From NCBI GenBank assembly GCA_041736895.1, contig JBGSSS010000213.1:25534-89533 (forward strand): a stretch of DNA of 64,000 nt, read 5' to 3'. Of this stretch, positions 57,278 through 64,000 are shown in pieces. Position 1 is the first letter of the stretch. Each line of letters starts with the position of its first letter. The notes below the pieces were generated by a model that saw only the letters and a program-made list of their open reading frames with translations, had not been told where the DNA came from and ran no database searches. This DNA comes from Pirellulales bacterium (GTDB lineage: Bacteria > Planctomycetota > Planctomycetia > Pirellulales > JALHPA01). A program made the position numbers and the translations under genes.

Positions 57278-58041
57278 TTTCTCCTCGTCATCGCTACGGC
57301 GATGACGAGGCTTGGGTTGGCGCTGAATTGGCTTTTGCAGTAGCTCGAGAGTATGCAGCTTGAGTACACTTTCTTTGGAGGCAGATGATGAAGCGTCCGC
57401 GTCCTCCGCTACGTCCGCACAAGCGCGATGGACGAACGTGGTATCACGTCGTTTTGACTGCGTACGGTAATTGGCTCCCCGGCGATCCGCGTGGATTTCG
57501 TACGCCAAAACATGAAGAGCACGTCGAGGGTGATTACAAGAATCCGCCACCCGAGGGAAAGTACGATGGCTTGCACAGGGCAAGCAAGGAATCGATGGTT
57601 GATCCGCGTTATCGAATTCCGAAGAGCGTTTTCGAGAAAGTTGGAAATGCTTTAATTGACGTTTATACTGACAAAAATGTCTTTGTCATGTGTTTGAGCA
57701 TCCAAGGCGCGCATTGCCATTTGCTGTTAAAAGCATACCGCTTTTACCTGCACAAGTTCACGGCGTTGGCCAAACGCAAAGCAGCAGTCGTCTGCCGTAA
57801 AGTCTCTGGAAAACGCAGAATCTGGGCGCGTAAACGTTCGAAAAAAGTGATTCAGGACTTGCCACACATGCGGCGTACTTACAAATACATTCTCCGACAC
57901 GCGGAGCAGGGAGCTTACACCTGGAAAAGCGATCTGCCCTGCCCCTAACAAATGTTGACTGCAAAGAAGATCACTGAATTTCGTCTATGTTCCTTCAGCG
58001 CTAACCCAAGCCTCGTCATTGCGCAGCAATGGCGAGGAGAA
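57278..58041 (+). mobile_element. REP-RAYT-REP unit
   Basis: REP copies at 57278-57327 (minus orientation) and 57994-58041 (plus orientation) bracket the Y1 transposase gene in inverted orientation. Confidence 0.7.
57385..57948 (+). CDS. IS200/Y1-type HUH transposase, REP-associated (RAYT-like)
   Basis: WYHVVLTAYGNWLPGDPRGF opening, HUH motif in GAHCHLLL, Tyr motif RRTYKYILRH about 55 aa downstream (IS200-like spacing), 187 aa, lower GC, flanked by inverted REPs. Confidence 0.75.
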   Translation: MMKRPRPPLRPHKRDGRTWYHVVLTAYGNWLPGDPRGFRTPKHEEHVEGDYKNPPPEGKYDGLHRASKESMVDPRYRIPKSVFEKVGNALIDVYTDKNVFVMCLSIQGAHCHLLLKAYRFYLHKFTALAKRKAAVVCRKVSGKRRIWARKRSKKVIQDLPHMRRTYKYILRHAEQGAYTWKSDLPCP

Positions 58042-58050
58042 TGCGTTTAC

Positions 58051-58839
58051 TCAGTATTCCCCCGGAATTTTCGACAACGTGGTCGAACGCACCGCCGCTC
58101 GTGGATGTTCCATTGCAATCTTGAAAAATTCGCTATTCGGAAGCGGCGCAGGTTTCCTAGCGAACAATCCCCCGCTCTTTTTTCGCGCCGCATCGACGAG
58201 CTTTTGCCCCTGCGCTATATCGAACAGCTTGGCTTGCGCGGATTCATCATACGTCACCGCGAAGACCACGACCCCGGCGCTGCCGGGCCGATCAAAAGGA
58301 TTGCTCAGCCCTAGACCCGGAAAGCCAGGCACCTGATCCAGGGCCAGCATGTGAATCTCTTGCATCCGTTGATGCACCGCGTTGCGTTGGGCTTCGGCCC
58401 GGCGAAGCTTTTGCGCGGCGATCTCTTCGGCATGAGCTTCGTTATACGCATCGCAGCGGCGCTGTTCGTAGGATTCGTGCGAACTTTTTCGCTGCACCCA
58501 ATCCAAGCGTTCTTCAAAGTCGTCGGGTTCGTCTTCGCGAAATGGTTCCGGATGCTTTTCGATGTCGGGTTCATACGGGACATGAACTTTGACATCCGGC
58601 ATGCCCAACCCGAGATACCGGCCAGCACCGGCAAAGCCTTGATAGAACCCGTAGACATCGGTCGTGATGTTGTCCGCCGTGAGCGTGAGGATCGGCGAGC
58701 CAAACTCGGCAGTGATTTGGTGGCGAGGAATTCCGGGCTCGAGGAGGGCCAGATTTATATGCGCGGCGTTTGAAACGACGCAGCCGGAACATGCCAGCAC
58801 GAAGTAAAAAAGCCCGAATATGCCGCAGATTCCATTCAT
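58051..58839 (-). CDS. lipoprotein (hypothetical)
   Basis: ATG 58839 gives MNGICGIFGLFYFVLACSGC lipobox; acidic/charged middle; no family recognised. Confidence 0.55.
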   Translation of the reverse strand: MNGICGIFGLFYFVLACSGCVVSNAAHINLALLEPGIPRHQITAEFGSPILTLTADNITTDVYGFYQGFAGAGRYLGLGMPDVKVHVPYEPDIEKHPEPFREDEPDDFEERLDWVQRKSSHESYEQRRCDAYNEAHAEEIAAQKLRRAEAQRNAVHQRMQEIHMLALDQVPGFPGLGLSNPFDRPGSAGVVVFAVTYDESAQAKLFDIAQGQKLVDAARKKSGGLFARKPAPLPNSEFFKIAMEHPRAAVRSTTLSKIPGEY

Positions 58840-58969
58840 TTTTCTACCCGCTGGAAAATACCTCCCATCCTGGGGGGCTAAGATCATCAGCGGAAGCCGC
58901 GGCACAGAGCGGAAAGTTGATTCAGAAAAATCAGAAGATCCCACGCAGGATCGCATTCGCTACGAAGCC

Positions 58970-59257
58970 CTAAAACTTATGCTCCCAACAGGCCGGGCAT
59001 TTGCCATCGGCCAGCGGCTTGACGCGTGCGCCGCAGCGGGGGCAGACTTTTTCGGCACTGCCCGGATTCTTCACATCAGTGACATCGCTTAGCGTGCTGC
59101 TTTGCTGGCTTTTGCTGTATTGATAGATGCCATAGACGGCAAAGCCAAGCACGATGACCCCGAGGATGCCCCAGGCGACCGGGTCGCCGTTGACCAAGCC
59201 TTTGAAAAACTCAACGGTGCCGCGTCCGCGTGCGAAGAGGGGAGAAAAGATTTGCAT
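58970..59257 (-). CDS. small membrane protein with C-terminal zinc ribbon
   Basis: 95 aa; one TM (WGILGVIVLGFAVYGIY) and CPRCG...CPAC. Confidence 0.5.
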   Translation of the reverse strand: MQIFSPLFARGRGTVEFFKGLVNGDPVAWGILGVIVLGFAVYGIYQYSKSQQSSTLSDVTDVKNPGSAEKVCPRCGARVKPLADGKCPACWEHKF

Positions 59258-59288
59258 CGATCTGCCTCCGATGAAATGTGGAACTTTT

Positions 59289-59338
59289 GAGCGACTCGTA
59301 GCACAAAGAGAACGCTCCTCTGCGAGTCGCCGCTAAAC
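59289..59338. repeat. hairpin family I, half/short form
   Basis: GAGCGACTCG ... CGCTCCTCTGCGAGTCGCCGCTAAAC. Confidence 0.7.
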
Positions 59339-59357
59339 TGGGAGATATCGGTTCATG

Positions 59358-60416
59358 CTACGGCGTGAAATCATCGTTCCCGCTCAGCGACACGATGAAC
59401 TCCGCCAACACATCGGCCGCGCGGTCGATGTCGTCCAGCGAGATGACCTCGACGGCGCTGTGCATGTAACGATTCGGGATGCTCACCAGTCCCGCCGCGA
59501 CGCCGGCACGGTTGATCTGCAGCGCGTTTGCGTCGGTCGCACTTGCGCGGCCCATGCCGGCGCGTTGGATCGGAATCTCGCGCCGCGCGGCACATTCATA
59601 GAGCCGCGAAACGACGCGGGGGTTCATGTTCGGCCCGCGGAACACGACCGGCCCGCGGCCGATGCCGATGTCGCCCTCGCTCTTCTTTTCGATCGTCGGG
59701 CAATCGGTCGCGTGCGTCACGTCGACGGCGATACCGATGTGCGGATCAACGCCGTAAGCGCTCGTCTGCGCGCCGCGGAGCCCGATTTCTTCTTGCACCG
59801 TGCTGACCGCATGCAGCGCGACGTTTAGCGAGTGCTGCGCCGCGCGGCGAGCTGCTTCGACGATCACCCAGAGACCCGCCTTGTCGTCCATTGCCGGCGA
59901 ATTCGCGCGGTTGTTGAGCATCCGCTCGACGCCGAGATGCAGCGTCACCGGATCGCCGATGTTGACCAACGATTCGGTCTCGGCTTTATCCTTCGCGCCG
60001 ATATCGATCCAAAGGTCCTTGAGCTTCGCGACTTGCTTCCGCTCTTCGTCCGTGAGCAGGTGAATTGCCTTCCTCGCGATCACGCCGCTAATCGGACCGT
60101 TGTCGGTCCAGATTTGCATCCGATGCCCGATCAGATTCTGCGGATCCCAACCGCCGATCGGTTGCACGTAGATGTAGCCGTCGCTGTCGATGTACTGGAC
60201 GAGGAACCCGATCTGATCGCAGTGTCCTGCCAACATCACGCGCTGCTTCGCGCTGGGGTTCTTCGAGATAATGACGTTGCCATGCAGGTCCGTACGAATC
60301 TCGTCGGCAAACGACGACGCGTACTCGCGCACGATTTGCTGAATCTTCTGCTCGTAGCCCGAAGGACTCGGCGTGTGGAGGAGCTTTTCAAAGAACGCGA
60401 GGGCTTCGGCTTCCAT
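59358..60416 (-). CDS. M42 family metallopeptidase (FrvX/glutamyl aminopeptidase-like)
   Basis: LLHTPSPSGYEQ opening, AGHCDQIGF, MDDKAG, EEIGLRGA motifs. Confidence 0.9.
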   Translation of the reverse strand: MEAEALAFFEKLLHTPSPSGYEQKIQQIVREYASSFADEIRTDLHGNVIISKNPSAKQRVMLAGHCDQIGFLVQYIDSDGYIYVQPIGGWDPQNLIGHRMQIWTDNGPISGVIARKAIHLLTDEERKQVAKLKDLWIDIGAKDKAETESLVNIGDPVTLHLGVERMLNNRANSPAMDDKAGLWVIVEAARRAAQHSLNVALHAVSTVQEEIGLRGAQTSAYGVDPHIGIAVDVTHATDCPTIEKKSEGDIGIGRGPVVFRGPNMNPRVVSRLYECAARREIPIQRAGMGRASATDANALQINRAGVAAGLVSIPNRYMHSAVEVISLDDIDRAADVLAEFIVSLSGNDDFTP

Positions 60417-60489
60417 CAGGGGGCAACTCGGGGAATGAATGAAAATTATGTTTGGAAACTGAAAAGATAACTGATCGACGATAAAGGCA

Positions 60490-60550
60490 GAAGGGAAAAG
60501 GAAAAAGGAAAAGAGGAGACCGCGCCACCTTTTCCCTTTTTCCTACTTCC
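60490..60550. repeat. purine/pyrimidine hairpin family J (upstream of hom)
   Basis: GAAGGGAAAAGGAAAAAGGAAAAG-aggagaccgcgcc-ACCTTTTCCCTTTTTCCTACTTCC; shares the 17-mer GGAAAAAGGGAAAAGGT (opposite strand) with the thrC copy. Confidence 0.75.
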
Positions 60551-60711
60551 TTCAGTACGCTGTGCAGTAGCGGAACTCACCCCCGTATTGACGCTTCTAG
60601 CCCTGCCAAATTAGGATAGCTAGATTCTGGATTGCTGGTATTGGCCGGCCTTGCAGCACGAACTTAAATCCTTGCCAGCGAAATAATTACGACGGACAAG
60701 CGAACACGACG

Positions 60712-62007
60712 ATGAACACCACCGGAGTAGCCCTTGTCGGTCTTGGAACTGTTGGCAGCGGCGTCGCCAAGCTGCTGCTTTCGCACGCCGAGCGAATCGG
60801 CCAGCGGGCGGGCAAAACGCTCGAATTGCGGCAAGTCGTCGTCCGTGATTGCGAAAAGCCCCGCGACGTGAAGCTTCCTGCCGGCATCCTTTCGGGCGAT
60901 CTGAAACGTATTACCAGCGATCCATCCATTAGTGTCGTTGCCCACTTGGTCGGTGGCTTGGAACCGGCGCGGACGATCATGCTGGCCTTGCTCGAAAGCG
61001 GCAAGGACGTCGTCACGGCCAACAAAGCGCTCCTCGCCGAACATGGGCCAGAGCTGTTCGATCGGGCACGTTCCCTCGGCCGCTCAATCGCGTTCGACGC
61101 GGCCGTCGGTGGCGGCATCCCGATCATCACCAATGTCAGCCAGTGCCTCTCGGCGAACCGGATCGAGTCGCTCACCGGGATTCTGAACGGGACGAGCAAT
61201 TTCATCCTAACGCAGATGGAGGAGCAAGGCGAAGCGTACGACGCCGCCGTCGCCGAGGCTCAGCGACTGGGCTTCGCCGAAGCCGACCCGACGATGGACG
61301 TCGACGGCAGCGACGCCACGCAGAAGATCGCGATCCTGGCGCACCTCGGCTTCGGTTCGCGGATCGATTGGCGGACGGTCCCACGCGTCGGGATTGACAC
61401 GCTCGCGACAGCCGACTTGCAATATGCCAAGGAACTCGGCTACCGGATCAAGCTCGTTGCCAGCGCGCAGCTCAACGACAACAAATTGCAGATTCACGTC
61501 AGTCCGACGCTAGTCAAGATCGGCACGCCCCTCGCCGAAGTGCGCGGCGCGCACAACGCCATCGTCGTCGAAGGCAACGCCGTCGGGCGTTTGCTCTTTC
61601 ACGGACTCGGCGCCGGCCAGATGCCGACTGCATCGGCGGTGCTCGCCGACATGATCGACATGGTCAACGGCCGGGCGAAGATCACGTTCAACACGCTCGA
61701 GCTCTGGAAGCAACAACCGGCGCAGTTCTCGCCCGTCGAATTCAAAAACGCGACCGGAAAATTCTATCTCCGCTTGAATGTCGCCGACCAACCCGGGGTG
61801 ATGGCCGAAATTACGTCGATTTTGGGAAAAAACGGCGTGTCGATCGCCTCGATCATCCAACACGAATCCGACGTCCACGGCGGCGCGGTCCCGCTGGTGA
61901 TCATGACGCACACGACGACCGAGGGCGCAATCGGCGCGGCGTTCGATCAAATCGGCAAACTGCCGAGCATGCAAAGCCGCGCGGTGAAGATGCGCGTGCT
62001 GGCGTAA
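60712..62007 (+). CDS. hom: homoserine dehydrogenase with C-terminal ACT domain
   Basis: GLGTVGSGV, TANKALLA, GILNGTSNFILT, DVDGSDATQKIAILA motifs. Confidence 0.95.
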   Translation: MNTTGVALVGLGTVGSGVAKLLLSHAERIGQRAGKTLELRQVVVRDCEKPRDVKLPAGILSGDLKRITSDPSISVVAHLVGGLEPARTIMLALLESGKDVVTANKALLAEHGPELFDRARSLGRSIAFDAAVGGGIPIITNVSQCLSANRIESLTGILNGTSNFILTQMEEQGEAYDAAVAEAQRLGFAEADPTMDVDGSDATQKIAILAHLGFGSRIDWRTVPRVGIDTLATADLQYAKELGYRIKLVASAQLNDNKLQIHVSPTLVKIGTPLAEVRGAHNAIVVEGNAVGRLLFHGLGAGQMPTASAVLADMIDMVNGRAKITFNTLELWKQQPAQFSPVEFKNATGKFYLRLNVADQPGVMAEITSILGKNGVSIASIIQHESDVHGGAVPLVIMTHTTTEGAIGAAFDQIGKLPSMQSRAVKMRVLA

Positions 62008-62013
62008 GTGAAG

Positions 62014-62093
62014 GGTTTTAAGTCTTAGGTTGTAAGTTATAGGTAGCGACTTTGTTTCTTCTACCTACAACTTATAACCTACAACCTATAACC
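62014..62093. repeat. long hairpin family H (directly downstream of hom)
   Basis: TTAGGTTGTAAGTTATAGGTAG ... CTACCTACAACTTATAACCTACAACCTATAACC. Confidence 0.8.
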
Positions 62094-62146
62094 TTCTTCA
62101 AAGTAGACCTCTCAACAATCAATAAGCGCCGAGCCTGACAACACCA

Positions 62147-63355
62147 ATGAAATACGTCATCATCATCCCCGACGGCACCGCCGATGAGCCGCAGGAATCG
62201 CTCGGCGGCAAGACGCCGCTCGAAGCTGCGAACACGCCCGCGATGGACATCATCGCGCGGGCCGGCGTTGTCGGCCGCGCGAACAACGTTCCGCCGAGTC
62301 TGCCCGCCGGCTCCGATGTCGCGTGCATGAGTCTGCTCGGCTATAGCCCGATGGAATACTTCTCAGGCCGCGCGCCGCTCGAAGCCGCTGCACAGGGCAT
62401 TGCCCTTGGGCCAAACGATTGGGCCGTGCGGTGCAACCTGGTTACCGTGCAAGACCAGACGATGAAAAGCTTCACCGCGGGGCACATCACCAATGACGAA
62501 GCCCGGGCGCTGCTCGCCACGGCGCAGGAAAAGCTCGGCAGCGATGAATGGCAATTCGTGCCGGGCGTAAGCTATCGGAACCTGCTCCTGTTTCGCGGCC
62601 ATAAGCGCAGCGCGCCGTTCAACATGGACACGCGCACGACGCCGCCGCATGACCTGACCGACAAATCGGTCGCTGATGATTTTCCACGCGGACCGGGCAG
62701 CCGTTCCTTGACTGAGCTGATGGAAGCCAGCGTCGATCTCTTCGCCGATCATCCGGTCAACGCCGCGCGCGTCGCGGCCGGCAAGCCGCCGGCGACGAAT
62801 CTCTGGCTCTGGGGTCTCGGCCGCGCTCCGGCGCTGAAACCTTTCGCCGAAGTTTACGGCGGCCGCCGCGGCGCGATGATCACGGCCGTTGATCTGTTGC
62901 GTGGTCTCGCGGTATTGCTCGGGTGGGATCGGATCGAAGTTCCTGGCGCGACGGGTTATCTCGACACCGATTACGCCGCCAAGGGTCGCTACGCGATCGA
63001 GGCTCTCGACAAGTACGACGTCGTCTGCGTCCACGTCGAAGCGACCGATGAAGCGAGCCACGAAGGCCGCACCGACGCCAAGATCGAGGCCCTCGAACGC
63101 ATCGACCGCGACATCGTCGCGCCGCTGCACACGGCGTTGCTCGCGCTCGGCGAACCGTATCGCATCCTGATCACGCCCGATCACCCGACGCCAGTCCGCA
63201 TCAAAACCCACAGCCACGGCGCGGTGCCAATCACGGTCGCCGGCTTCGGCATCACGCCCGACGCGAGCGACACCTACGGCGAAACCAACGCCAGCCGCTC
63301 GACACTCGCCTTCGACGAAGGCTACAAACTCATGAGCTGGTTCTTGGATTCGTAA
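62147..63355 (+). CDS. cofactor-independent phosphoglycerate mutase (ApgM) family protein, probable non-canonical homoserine kinase
   Basis: MKYVIIIPDGTADEP opening, HVEATDEASHEG and TPDHPTP metal-site motifs; sits between hom and lysC. Confidence 0.85.
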   Translation: MKYVIIIPDGTADEPQESLGGKTPLEAANTPAMDIIARAGVVGRANNVPPSLPAGSDVACMSLLGYSPMEYFSGRAPLEAAAQGIALGPNDWAVRCNLVTVQDQTMKSFTAGHITNDEARALLATAQEKLGSDEWQFVPGVSYRNLLLFRGHKRSAPFNMDTRTTPPHDLTDKSVADDFPRGPGSRSLTELMEASVDLFADHPVNAARVAAGKPPATNLWLWGLGRAPALKPFAEVYGGRRGAMITAVDLLRGLAVLLGWDRIEVPGATGYLDTDYAAKGRYAIEALDKYDVVCVHVEATDEASHEGRTDAKIEALERIDRDIVAPLHTALLALGEPYRILITPDHPTPVRIKTHSHGAVPITVAGFGITPDASDTYGETNASRSTLAFDEGYKLMSWFLDS

Positions 63356-63366
63356 CCTTCAGAAAT

Positions 63367-63482
63367 GGATCACGGATGACACGGATTTTACGGATGAGCA
63401 CAGATTAGAAAACTTGGGTATTTCTTCTAACTTGACTCTTCTGATCCGTGTACATCAGTGTCATCCGTCAAATCCGTGATTC
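63367..63482. repeat. composite palindrome family F variant (ACGGAT units), apgM-lysC spacer
   Basis: GGATCACGGATGACACGGATTTTACGGATGAGCACAGAT ... TCTGATCCGTGTACATCAGTGTCATCCGTCAAATCCGTGATTC. Confidence 0.8.
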
Positions 63483-63536
63483 GCTTTTTTCAGATTCATT
63501 CTAACTTCTAACTCCTTCTTTCTAGATTCTTCCCCC

Positions 63537-64000
63537 ATGTCCCTGATCGTGCAAAAGTTTGGCGGAACCAGTGTGGCCACGCCGGAAAAAATCATGGCCG
63601 CCGCCCGCAAGGCGATCCGCACCCAGCAGCAAGGGCATCAGGTCCTCATGGTCGTCAGCGCCATGGGACACGAGACAGATCACCTGATCGAACTCGCCAA
63701 GCAGATCACGGATTCTCCGAGCGCGCGCGAAATGGACATGCTCCTCAGCACGGGCGAGCAAGTGAGCTGCGCGCTGATGGCGATTGCAATTCAGACGCTC
63801 GGTTCGAAGGCGATTAGCCTGACCGGCGCGCAGATCGGCATCAAGACGGACAGCACGTTTTCGAAGGCGCGCATCAAAAGTATCTCGACCGAGCGCATGC
63901 GCAAGTCGCTCGACGAAGGCAACATCGTCATCGCCGCTGGCTTCCAGGGGATCGACGAAGAATTCAATATCACGACGCTCGGGCGCGGCGGCAGCGATAC
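63537..64000 (+). CDS. lysC: aspartate kinase (5' part, runs off window end)
   Basis: Own translation: [19 protein letters not shown]...[16 protein letters not shown]...[10 protein letters not shown]; not in ORF track because no stop in window. Confidence 0.9.
   Translation, partial: MSLIVQKFGGTSVATPEKIMAAARKAIRTQQQGHQVLMVVSAMGHETDHLIELAKQITDSPSAREMDMLLSTGEQVSCALMAIAIQTLGSKAISLTGAQIGIKTDSTFSKARIKSISTERMRKSLDEGNIVIAAGFQGIDEEFNITTLGRGGSD

Noticed and set aside
63356-63536. Lysine riboswitch (L-box) upstream of lysC, and a Thr-rich leader peptide upstream of thrC (38154-38289) or hom (60551-60711).
   Set aside because: The lysC spacer is fully explained by a family F palindrome, and no L-box cores are seen. 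The only short ORF upstream of thrC is four codons (MLGL) with no Thr or Ile run.

Overview
64-kb chromosomal segment with high GC by eye. I infer a Planctomycetota (Pirellulales-like) genome from gene content: a DUF1559 prepilin-like protein, two formylglycine-type sulfatases, DUF1080, a PEP-CTERM protein, two GroEL paralogues and frequent GTG/TTG starts. I support about 67 CDS and found no rRNA, tRNA or CRISPR array.

Main blocks:
- A peptide-scavenging locus: S46 dipeptidyl-peptidase, OPT transporter and an M28 peptidase with two PDZ domains (2.7-9.7 kb).
- An accessory stretch of small stress, hydrolase and secreted-protein genes (12.6-24.8 kb).
- Threonine/lysine biosynthesis genes in two places: thrC-dapB at 38-41 kb, and hom, an ApgM-like putative homoserine kinase and lysC at 60.7-64 kb.
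- thiC.
- A minus-strand heat-shock supercluster at 48.7-55 kb: groEL2, groES, groEL1, dnaJ, grpE and an FmdB zinc-ribbon gene.

Most interesting observations:
1. The 3' end of a GH5 glycosidase gene is present three times. The copies partition VapBC, a low-GC LamG protein and HicBA, which looks like a serial-integration scar with no recombinase in view.
2. An IS200/Y1-type REP-associated transposase (RAYT-like) gene is flanked by inverted REPs, and that REP family is dispersed through the window.
3. Intergenic space is almost saturated with at least a dozen palindromic repeat families. One large composite family is built from 9-10 nt phased units and sits inside operon-like gene strings.
4. 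Perfect sigma-54 -24/-12 motifs lie upstream of hsp20 and of groEL2, and a twin 10-bp inverted repeat lies upstream of groES.

Everything rests on reading the sequence and on remembered family signatures. No searches were run.
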